Position numbers and translations under genes: made by a program. Below the pieces are notes generated by a model, which ran no database searches, was not told where the DNA came from, and saw only the letters and a list, made by a program, of their open reading frames with translations. This document shows, in pieces, positions 26,143 through 33,967 of a stretch of 50,271 nt of DNA. Origin of the DNA: an uncultured Candidatus Saccharibacteria bacterium (GTDB lineage: Bacteria; Patescibacteriota; Minisyncoccia; Phycocordibacterales; UBA918); assembly GCA_964350985.1 (NCBI GenBank), contig CAYGLK010000001.1, positions 1 to 50,271 on the forward strand, read 5' to 3'. Every line of letters starts with the position of its first letter. The first letter of the stretch is position 1.

Positions 26143-26970
26143 ATGAATATGCGACAACTGATAATCTGGCAGAATAGATTAAAGAAATTTTGGGATAACC
26201 CAAGCGCTATTTGGCCGTTTTTAAAAAAACATTTTTATTATAATTGGATTGCCGATTCTTACATACCTTATTACGAAAATTTAGTCTTCTTGAATTATCA
26301 GGAAACGATAAACTCACTCATCAGAGACAATAGATCTTTTGTTCGATTTGGAGACGAGGCTTTTGACATGGTGCAAGGTATTGGTTTGTACTTTAATAAC
26401 TGGCGTCAAAAATATAATCCGGAATTAGGTAAGCGATATAAAGAGGTCTTAGGTTCCAATCATCCAAAATTGTTAGTTGGATTTAATCCAGAATTAATCC
26501 TTATGAGCAAGGTTGATTTCAAGGAGAAAGGAATTAGTGAACAACATCAATACTGGACAAATACAAAAGTTTTTTTAAAGGATTATATTAATTCCGGACA
26601 AGTTTATGGCAGCGCCCTTTGTTTTCATGAGAGATACAACGATAAAATAAATTATAAACAAATTTTTGATTACTTCAGAGTTAAAAATCTAGTTGTAGTT
26701 GCTTCAAATACTGCGCGGTTTAAAGATGCCCAATTGGGTCAGACTACGGATTATATCGACGGTCCAAGTAGTGATGCTTGGGATTCATACCAAGAACTAA
26801 TTGCGGAAGTTAGAAGAGTATTAGGTAAGTATAGTAAAGAAGGTGCTTTGGTGTTGATTGCTCTTGGTCCTACATCTAAAGTCATGGCTTATGATTTAAC
26901 CTTAGAAGGGTATACGGTTTGGGATACGGGTCAGTTGTTCGACTTAGCTTTATCTAAACTAGTTAAATAA
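26143..26970 (+). CDS. GT-D fold glycosyltransferase (DUF1792 family), second paralogue
   Basis: SFVRFGDEAFDMVQG aligns with the RLGDGEINLMRG motif of 20806..21618. ATG 26149 is the more likely leaderless start. Confidence 0.6.
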   Translation: MNMRQLIIWQNRLKKFWDNPSAIWPFLKKHFYYNWIADSYIPYYENLVFLNYQETINSLIRDNRSFVRFGDEAFDMVQGIGLYFNNWRQKYNPELGKRYKEVLGSNHPKLLVGFNPELILMSKVDFKEKGISEQHQYWTNTKVFLKDYINSGQVYGSALCFHERYNDKINYKQIFDYFRVKNLVVVASNTARFKDAQLGQTTDYIDGPSSDAWDSYQELIAEVRRVLGKYSKEGALVLIALGPTSKVMAYDLTLEGYTVWDTGQLFDLALSKLVK

Positions 26971-27074
26971 GTAAATGCGTGGCTCAGCCTAACCTTGCTT
27001 TTTCAATATTTTGTTGTATCGTGGTGATGTAATTGGTCTTTCGTCTTGATCTTTAACTCTAATTGGAGCATTGC

Positions 27075-27923
27075 ATGAACCCAGTCCTTGGACTTTTAGG
27101 TATTGCCGGCATCTGGCTCACTATGGCTATGATGCCACTGAGTCAACTGTTAGCTCTTTCGACCGCGCAAGCGACATTTTTCCGGGGCGTCTCGGGGCTT
27201 GTCCTGGTCGGATTTTTTTCATTGTTCATTAGCGGTTTGATCACCAAGCCTGATAAGCAGACGGTGACCATCAGTCTATTGTTCACCTTCACCACTCTCT
27301 GTCTATTCCAAGCCTTCCAAGCCTGGGGAACAAACTTTAGTGCTTTGTTCCTTGACTTGGCAGTACTTGTACCACTTGCATTCGTTTGGCGTCGAGGACA
27401 AAACCTTGGTCGAATGACAGGCGGCGCTATCGTGGTGGCTATTGTTGGCACTATGCTGACATTGCGGGTCTTTCAGGGCAATCAGGTTTCGCTGGAGGGT
27501 TTGTTCTGGAGCGTCTGTGCTCTAGTTTCTAATGGCCTCTTCATTGAGAAGGCGGGTGCGGCTAAGCAAGGTAACTGGAACAAGGCTTTCTGGATAAGTT
27601 TCGGTTTAGTGATGGCTGGTCTACCGGGGTTGTTCGATGAATTCGGCAGTGGCAGCAATCTCAGTTCTGGTCAATGGGTGATGCTCTGCGTCATCTTCGC
27701 GGTCAGTACTGGGGTGCTCAACTTTTACTCAGCCTTCATCGCTTTTGCGAATTTGAGTTCGGTACAGGTCGGGGTATTGGTCCTAGGAGTTACTCCCTCG
27801 ATCATCATTGCCACCTACTTCATCCTGGGCAAGGCCATGGGGACGGATCAGCTCTTTGGAGTAGCTCTAACCCTAGCTGCTGTCTTGGTTTTCGGTAACG
27901 CTCTTCGACCTAAGAAGGAGTAA
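27075..27923 (+). CDS. EamA/DMT-superfamily transporter (GC-rich, SD-led)
   Basis: About ten hydrophobic segments. GGAG at 27065-27068, 6 nt before ATG 27075; the track start 27063 is a TTG. Confidence 0.6.
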   Translation: MNPVLGLLGIAGIWLTMAMMPLSQLLALSTAQATFFRGVSGLVLVGFFSLFISGLITKPDKQTVTISLLFTFTTLCLFQAFQAWGTNFSALFLDLAVLVPLAFVWRRGQNLGRMTGGAIVVAIVGTMLTLRVFQGNQVSLEGLFWSVCALVSNGLFIEKAGAAKQGNWNKAFWISFGLVMAGLPGLFDEFGSGSNLSSGQWVMLCVIFAVSTGVLNFYSAFIAFANLSSVQVGVLVLGVTPSIIIATYFILGKAMGTDQLFGVALTLAAVLVFGNALRPKKE

Positions 27924-27946
27924 GTGACAAAGAAGGAAGTAGCCTA

Positions 27947-27977
27947 GGCGTCGCGATAATTGTCGCGGCGCCTTTCC
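27947..27977 (+). terminator. GC-rich hairpin after the transporter gene
   Basis: GGCGTCGCGA-TAATTG-TCGCGGCGCC followed by TTTCC. Confidence 0.5.
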
Positions 27978-28066
27978 ATATGATTTTATTGAAGTATTGC
28001 TTTTTTCATATTTTATTGTACTCTTCAATTGGACCTGAATTCCTCTAGTCCTTTGTTTTAAACAAC

Positions 28067-28073
28067 AAGGAGG
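28067..28073 (+). promoter_or_regulatory. Canonical Shine-Dalgarno AAGGAGG, 5 nt before ATG 28079
   Basis: aacaAAGGAGGcagtcATG. Confidence 0.7.
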
Positions 28074-28078
28074 CAGTC

Positions 28079-28828
28079 ATGCCAGACGTTAAGTACAATA
28101 CGGGACCTTTCGCCACTCGTGCGATCGATTCCGAGCAGCAAGCAGGGATTGACGATGTGATGACCTCGATGCTGGTCGTCGCCACATTGGCTGGTTTTAC
28201 CAACCGAGTCAGGCTCACTGTTCCGGTGACGCCACTCATCTTTCCCGGTGTCTTCGACACCGATATTACAACGCTGATGCAGTGCAGTGTTGTGGATTGG
28301 TACGACAACTGTCCCGACGAGTTTGAACCGGCTTCGAAACACCTGCTTGTTGCAGGTCATCACGAGTCGGCTGGAAAACGAGAAGGTCTCAGTGTTTCGC
28401 GACTGCAAGACATCTTTGATGGTGGTCCTGTGATTCACTCACAGGTTGAAGCAGAGAACACACCAGACCAAGTACGCTGGGTTGCAGATCAAGTTGAAGA
28501 GTTGGACTTGGTAGCGGTGGCCTTGAGGGCACATCCTTTTCACGTCATGCGCGCTTTCTTGACGCAGTTGGCGGAGTTTCGCCGGCGCCGGCTGAAGGTA
28601 ATTCTTCTGCCGTGGTTGTCTCTGAGGGATCCTTTTGGCCAGTTTCCATTGACCAACCCCTGGTCTGAGACCAAGTCAGACGCTGAGTTGTGGCCAGGAG
28701 AAGCCAAACGTATCTTGGACTACAGCCAGAAGGGAGACGTGTCCACGTTGGCTGACTTGAAGGACTATTCCGACTGGCTCTTCAACGAGTCGGCTGCAGC
28801 TAGCGGACTAAGGCCTTTTGGCGCCTGA
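28079..28828 (+). CDS. Hypothetical protein, possibly DUF218/YdcF-ElyC-like (GC-rich)
   Basis: EAENTPDQVRWV..LDLVAVALRAHPFHVMRAF resembles the DUF218 pattern (E..S.NT.EN...lVTs..HM.RA). G+C is 33/60 in line 28081-28140 against 22/60 in line 26161-26220. Confidence 0.45.
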   Translation: MPDVKYNTGPFATRAIDSEQQAGIDDVMTSMLVVATLAGFTNRVRLTVPVTPLIFPGVFDTDITTLMQCSVVDWYDNCPDEFEPASKHLLVAGHHESAGKREGLSVSRLQDIFDGGPVIHSQVEAENTPDQVRWVADQVEELDLVAVALRAHPFHVMRAFLTQLAEFRRRRLKVILLPWLSLRDPFGQFPLTNPWSETKSDAELWPGEAKRILDYSQKGDVSTLADLKDYSDWLFNESAAASGLRPFGA

Positions 28829-30118
28829 GTTGACAACACTTTGCACATCGCCTCCGGGCGGTGTGCTTTTTTCTTTACGGAAGAAAAAGTATAGTCCACT
28901 TAGTAGGTCAACGATTGCTCGTATGTATGTAGCCATCACTGCTCCTAGTAAGCCAAATTTAGGTACAAAGACTAAGATACCTAAAATTAAGATGCCTGGA
29001 CCGGCAAAAGTTCCATACCAAAGTGCTTTCTGATTCTTGGTGGCGTAAAAATAGTGCCATAGTAGACCTACAGGTATAAATAACACTGTACCGATGTATA
29101 GTTGAGAAATAAAAACAGCATCAATATACACAGGAAAAAGCCATTTAAATAAGTATGGAGCTGCAAATATGTAGAGAATAGCAGGGATTACCATTATTGA
29201 AGTAAAAGTAAAGATTTTCTTTATTAAAGCAAATTTAAATTCTCGAGAAGTTTTGTCGACTAGTTTTGGAAAGGCGACAGAATTTATGTTGCCGAGCACT
29301 CCCTGGATCTCATTTGGTATTGCCATAGCAAAAAAGTAAATGGCCAACTGACTTGGTCCAAGAAATTTAAACATCAAGATTTTATCGAGTTGTCCAGCGC
29401 CAATAAAGAAAATGTTTTGTAAGGAGACTTGTTTACCGTATCGGTCAATATTTTCGTATGGTGTATTAGCGTCATCCGTGACAGGGTATTTTTTTATTGT
29501 GAATATATAAATTAAGTAGTTAGAGATATTGAGAAGAGCAAAATAAGAAAAGGTAATAACTACGATGTTTTTACTAAGGAGAATAACAGAGACTAATAAG
29601 ATGGATAAAAAGAGTCTTTGGAATATCTTCAAATAAGTTTGTGTCTTAAAGTCCTTTTTTCCCTGAAGAAGAAACTGATAATCTGTGAGTGAATCTAAAA
29701 ACGGAATCCAAATAGCTGTTAAGGCAAATAAAGAAGCAAGTAACGTATTGTCACGATATAAATAATATCCAGCAAAAGAAAAGAGCGCTACGGCACCCAA
29801 GGTTCCGTATTTGATTCTAGTTTTTAAAATTTTATTTAATGCAACATCATGTCCTTGGACTGTGGCACGAGATATGGAGATTCCAAAGCCGGTTAATGAA
29901 GTAAGGGTGGCTAGTGTAGCTATAGATAAAACGTACTTATATAAGCCGTAGTCAGAAGGGAGGACGTAATTTGCAAAAACCCAAGCCAGTAATAGTGAAC
30001 TAATAAAAATCGCTGCTTGTCCCAAGATAAGCCAGCCACTTTGACCAACGAGATAGACCATGTCTGTTTTTGTTACGGCCTCCGCGCGACGTAGCCATTT
30101 GATTGTAAAATCTTTCAT
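28808..30118 (-). CDS. Wzx-type oligosaccharide flippase (MOP superfamily)
   Basis: Twelve or more hydrophobic segments in the usual polysaccharide-biosynthesis-protein layout. TATACT-N10-ATG. The last ~21 codons run into GC-rich sequence and overlap the + gene 28079..28828. Confidence 0.7.
   Translation of the reverse strand: MKDFTIKWLRRAEAVTKTDMVYLVGQSGWLILGQAAIFISSLLLAWVFANYVLPSDYGLYKYVLSIATLATLTSLTGFGISISRATVQGHDVALNKILKTRIKYGTLGAVALFSFAGYYLYRDNTLLASLFALTAIWIPFLDSLTDYQFLLQGKKDFKTQTYLKIFQRLFLSILLVSVILLSKNIVVITFSYFALLNISNYLIYIFTIKKYPVTDDANTPYENIDRYGKQVSLQNIFFIGAGQLDKILMFKFLGPSQLAIYFFAMAIPNEIQGVLGNINSVAFPKLVDKTSREFKFALIKKIFTFTSIMVIPAILYIFAAPYLFKWLFPVYIDAVFISQLYIGTVLFIPVGLLWHYFYATKNQKALWYGTFAGPGILILGILVFVPKFGLLGAVMATYIRAIVDLLSGLYFFFRKEKSTPPGGDVQSVVNSGAKRP
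28843..28872 (+). terminator. Intrinsic terminator of the GC-rich insert, embedded in the 3' end of the minus-strand flippase ORF
   Basis: GCACATCGCC-TCCG-GGCGGTGTGC followed by TTTTTT. Confidence 0.7.
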
Positions 30119-30247
30119 GAAGTTATTTAGTATAACAATACAAACAGTAAAAAGGTGGCAGTCGATATAAGTCTTTAAATATCTAAATGCTTTTGTAGCC
30201 TCGTCTAGGGGTTAATCTGGGTCTATATATGGTATATTTGCACTCAT

Positions 30248-32440
30248 ATGAAAGATTTTTTAAAAGTTGTGGTTTATGGAGGTTTGTTCGTCGTCCCATT
30301 TTTAACACTTTATGTAGCTAATGATTATTTCTTTCCTTTTATTACAGGAAAGAACTTTGCTTTCAGAATAATTATTGAAATTGTTGTGGCTGCCTGGGCT
30401 ATTCTGTGTCTGTATGACGTAAAGTATCGGCCGAAGTTTTCTTGGATCTTGTCGTCATTCAGTGTGCTTCTGATCGTGATGTTTTTTGCCAACCTTTTGG
30501 GGCAACACCCTCAGTCAAGCTTCTGGAGTAACTTTGAACGAATGGATGGTTACGTCACCTTGGTCCACATCTTCTTATACTCTCTAGTATTGGGAAGTGT
30601 CCTGACTACCAAAAAAGCTTGGAATTGGTACCTAAATGCTACTTTGCTAGCTGCTTTTATCGCTGCTATATATGGTGTCGCGCAATACTCAGGAATGTCA
30701 GGCGATGTGGCTGGAAGAAGAATCGAGAGTTTCTTAGGTAATGCTGCCTATCTTTCGATCTACATGCTCTTCCATATCTTTATTGCTTTTTGGATGTTTG
30801 TGGAGAGTAAGGTGACATTACATCGAGTCGTCTACGGTCTTTGTTCTATACTCTTTATCTTTGCGTTGATGAACTCTGGAACTCGCGGTACTGTGCTTGG
30901 TTTTGGAGTTGGTCTTGGAGTGATGGTTACTTACGTAATGCTTTTTGGAGCTAAGTACCAAGAGTTTAGAAAGTACGCTATCGGCGTCTTTATCTTGCTG
31001 GTGCTTGGGGCCGGGACTTTGATCTTGGGGAAAGATACTGACTTCGTGCAAAATAATCCAAACATCGCTCGAGTTGCTAACATTAATCTTTCTGAAGACT
31101 TGAAGGTGCGAGGCACTATCTGGGGTATGGCTTGGGAGGGTGTGAAAGAAAGGCCAATTCTTGGATGGGGACAAGGGAACTTTAACTATGTCTTCAATGA
31201 GCAATACGATCCTTTCTTGTTTAATCAAGAACAGTGGTTTGACCGAGCGCACAGTATTATCTTTGATTGGTTGATTGCTGGAGGTTTCCTTGGTCTGCTG
31301 GCTTATGGCGGTATCTTCGCAGCTTGTTTGTATTACTTGCTGATCCAGCCTTTTATTAGAAAAGATGACGCTACTTTCACGGTGTTGGAGCGAGGGGTAC
31401 TGATCGGTATTTTAGCAGGGTACTTCACGCACAACTTAGTAGTGTTCGATAATATCGTTAGTTATATCTTCTTCGGATTGATTTTGGCCTTGATCCATAG
31501 CCGTGTAGCTTCAACGATGCCAAGTGTGACTCAGTTCAAACTTGATGAAAAATTAACTACTCAGTTTGTAGCGCCCGTGACGGCAGTCGTACTTGTCTTG
31601 GTTGTTTATTTTGTGAACATACCAAACATGAACGCTGCTAAAGATATTATCAATGGTTACCGCTCTACAAATCCAACTGAACGACTTGAGGAATTTAGAT
31701 CTGCTGTTAATCGTGATTCTTTTGCTCAGCAAGAAGTGACTGAACAAATCGCTCAACAAGCAATGGCAATGGCAGGAGACACAAATGTAGATGCTGAAAT
31801 AAGACAGCAGTATGTTGCTCTTGCAGAGACAGAGCTAAAGCGTTTGGTAGAAGATAAGCCAGGCGATGCTCGTATCCATGTCTTTATGGGGACTTTCTAC
31901 CGAGCGGTAAGGGAGTTGGATCAGGCAGCAGCTCAGATGGCTATTGCTAGAAGTCTGTCTCCAAACAAGCCAACTATTATTGCACAGCAAGCTATTGTTG
32001 CTTATTCTCAGGGTAACTTAGAAGCATCTAGAGATTTCTTTGCTGAAGCTCTGAGTCTAGATGAGAGAAATAACGAAGCCCGAGAATATTATGCTGCGTT
32101 ACTTTTCCTAACCGGTGAAGCAGAAAAAGCGATTGCGTTAGCTGACACAGAAGAAAGGCTACAGTCTTTTGCAAAGAATGAATTTCTCTTGAGTACCATA
32201 AATCAAGTCCAAGAGTTTGATTTCTTGATTACGCTTTACGAAGAGAAAATTAAACTACAACCGGTCAAAGAGCAGGACTGGACTTCACTAGCTTTCTTGT
32301 ACAATCAGTCTGGCCAGCCAGAAAAAGCAGTGGCTACACTAAGAGAGATCGCAGAACTTAAACCAACTTTCTCTAAAACTGCCAATTGTCTGGCAAATAA
32401 TATCGAGGCAGGAGATGCTCCTGAAGTAGGTTGTCAATAA
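30248..32440 (+). CDS. O-antigen-ligase-like (Wzy_C) polytopic membrane protein with C-terminal TPR domain
   Basis: NSGTRGTVLGFG, WGQGNF, FDRAHS in the membrane part; ~250-aa helical-repeat C-terminus; TGgTATATT-N9-ATG. Confidence 0.7.
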   Translation: MKDFLKVVVYGGLFVVPFLTLYVANDYFFPFITGKNFAFRIIIEIVVAAWAILCLYDVKYRPKFSWILSSFSVLLIVMFFANLLGQHPQSSFWSNFERMDGYVTLVHIFLYSLVLGSVLTTKKAWNWYLNATLLAAFIAAIYGVAQYSGMSGDVAGRRIESFLGNAAYLSIYMLFHIFIAFWMFVESKVTLHRVVYGLCSILFIFALMNSGTRGTVLGFGVGLGVMVTYVMLFGAKYQEFRKYAIGVFILLVLGAGTLILGKDTDFVQNNPNIARVANINLSEDLKVRGTIWGMAWEGVKERPILGWGQGNFNYVFNEQYDPFLFNQEQWFDRAHSIIFDWLIAGGFLGLLAYGGIFAACLYYLLIQPFIRKDDATFTVLERGVLIGILAGYFTHNLVVFDNIVSYIFFGLILALIHSRVASTMPSVTQFKLDEKLTTQFVAPVTAVVLVLVVYFVNIPNMNAAKDIINGYRSTNPTERLEEFRSAVNRDSFAQQEVTEQIAQQAMAMAGDTNVDAEIRQQYVALAETELKRLVEDKPGDARIHVFMGTFYRAVRELDQAAAQMAIARSLSPNKPTIIAQQAIVAYSQGNLEASRDFFAEALSLDERNNEAREYYAALLFLTGEAEKAIALADTEERLQSFAKNEFLLSTINQVQEFDFLITLYEEKIKLQPVKEQDWTSLAFLYNQSGQPEKAVATLREIAELKPTFSKTANCLANNIEAGDAPEVGCQ

Positions 32441-32447
32441 AATAACT

Positions 32448-33461
32448 ATGATGATTCAAGAAAAAATAAACTTGTCAGCTCACACCACCTTACAAACAGG
32501 TGGTGTCGCTGAATATTTTGGAACGGTAAATACCGTGGGTGACTTGGGCGAACTAAAAGACTTTGCTGACACTAAAAATCTACCAATGCTCTTTTTAGGT
32601 AGTGGTTCCAACGTCTTGATCGCTGACAATGGTTTTGCTGGGTTAGTGGTCAACAATCAACTTAAAGGAATAGAGTTTAAAGAAAATGAGACTAGTGGAG
32701 TGTCTGTTGTTTGTGGGTCAGGTGAGTTGCTGGACGATGTCATAGCAGAGACAGTACGACTAGGTTACTTTGGACTAGAAAATCTGTCTGCCATACCTGG
32801 AACTATTGGAGCGGCTCCGGTACAAAATGTCGGTGCTTATGGAGTGGAGATGTCTGAGTTAATTTCGAGTGTTGAAGCTTATGATTTTAACTCCGGAGAG
32901 ACAAAAAAGTTTACAGCCAGTGAATGTGTTTTTGGTTACCGAGATTCATTTTTTAAGACACCTTTAGGAAAAAAATATTTTATTACTTCTGTTACTTTAA
33001 ATTTAAAAAAAGATTTTACTTTAAATTTATCTTATCCAGATCTAAAAAATAGATTTGAAGGGGAGACACCGTCACTTGAAGATGTTCGAAAAGCAGTGAT
33101 GGAGATCCGGTCAAAGAAGTTTCCTGACTGGAGACAGGTGGGAACAGCTGGGTCATTTTTTAAGAATCCGATTATTGGAATTGAACAAGCAAAGGAACTA
33201 AAAGAAAAATTTCCAGAGATGCCACAGTATCAAGTAAGTGATGAGTTGGTCAAAATACCCTTAGGATACGTGCTAGATAAGCTATGTGGACTTAAAGGCT
33301 TTAGAGAAGGTAACGTTGGACTATATCAAGAGCAGGCGTTGGTCTTGGTAAATTATGGTGGAGCAAATAGCCGTGAAATAAAAAATTTCGCTGCTACGAT
33401 TGCAGAAAAAGTTTTTCAAAAAACTAATATCGCAATTGAACCAGAAGTGAGATTTTTCTAA
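32448..33461 (+). CDS. murB: UDP-N-acetylenolpyruvoylglucosamine reductase
   Basis: HTTLQTGGVAEYF, LGSGSNVL, AGSFFKNP. Confidence 0.85.
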   Translation: MMIQEKINLSAHTTLQTGGVAEYFGTVNTVGDLGELKDFADTKNLPMLFLGSGSNVLIADNGFAGLVVNNQLKGIEFKENETSGVSVVCGSGELLDDVIAETVRLGYFGLENLSAIPGTIGAAPVQNVGAYGVEMSELISSVEAYDFNSGETKKFTASECVFGYRDSFFKTPLGKKYFITSVTLNLKKDFTLNLSYPDLKNRFEGETPSLEDVRKAVMEIRSKKFPDWRQVGTAGSFFKNPIIGIEQAKELKEKFPEMPQYQVSDELVKIPLGYVLDKLCGLKGFREGNVGLYQEQALVLVNYGGANSREIKNFAATIAEKVFQKTNIAIEPEVRFF

Positions 33462-33668
33462 AAAGAAAATATTTTCTCCAAAAAACAAAAATAAAAAATA
33501 TTTACGTCATTTTTTATCCACACACTTTTTTTGTAAAAGTGATTGTATAAATTTTTTTTCCGCGCGATAATATAAGTAAGCAAATATCTTCTCTCACGAT
33601 TTGTTCTTTTACATCGAGAAGGTCTTGCGGTCGAATTTTATTCACAAAACTCTCATCACAAAATTTCT

Positions 33669-33860
33669 ATGGCAACAAAGAAAAAAGCTGTAAAGAAAGT
33701 AGCGAAGAAGACCGCAAAAAAAGTTGTGAAGAAGACAGCTCCAAAGAAGAAGGCTGTTAAGAAGACAACAAAGAAAGCGGCTCCAAAGAAAAAAGCAGCA
33801 AAGAAGACAGCAAAGAAAGCAGCTCCAAAGAAGAAGGCAGCAAAGAAGCGAAAAAAGTAA
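33669..33860 (+). CDS. Lys/Ala-rich histone-H1-like basic protein (63 aa)
   Basis: MATKKKAVKKVAKKTAKK...KKAAPKKKAAKK repeats, with a terminator downstream. The antisense ORF (F/A-rich) is its shadow. Confidence 0.65.
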   Translation: MATKKKAVKKVAKKTAKKVVKKTAPKKKAVKKTTKKAAPKKKAAKKTAKKAAPKKKAAKKRKK

Positions 33861-33905
33861 TAACCACCAATGGAGTGCTCCATTTGTCGGTAAGACTTAT
33901 AGCAT

Positions 33906-33932
33906 AATCGCCCGCAAGGGCGATTTTGCTTT
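33906..33932 (+). terminator. Intrinsic terminator
   Basis: AATCGCCC-GCAA-GGGCGATT followed by TTGCTTTTT. Confidence 0.75.
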
Positions 33933-33967
33933 TTATTTAGTTAAAAAACGTATATACTAGGCCCACT

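Noticed and set aside
28045-28438. Minus-strand ORFs 28045..28308 and 28058..28438
   Set aside because: They lie antisense within the GC-rich + gene 28079..28828, which has a perfect AAGGAGG-N5-ATG start and its own terminator. High G+C explains the open antisense frames.
33656-33883. Minus-strand 75-aa ORF (FFAAFFFGAAFF...)
   Set aside because: It is the reverse-complement shadow of the AAG/GCN-rich Lys/Ala gene. The + ORF has the terminator and a plausible product.
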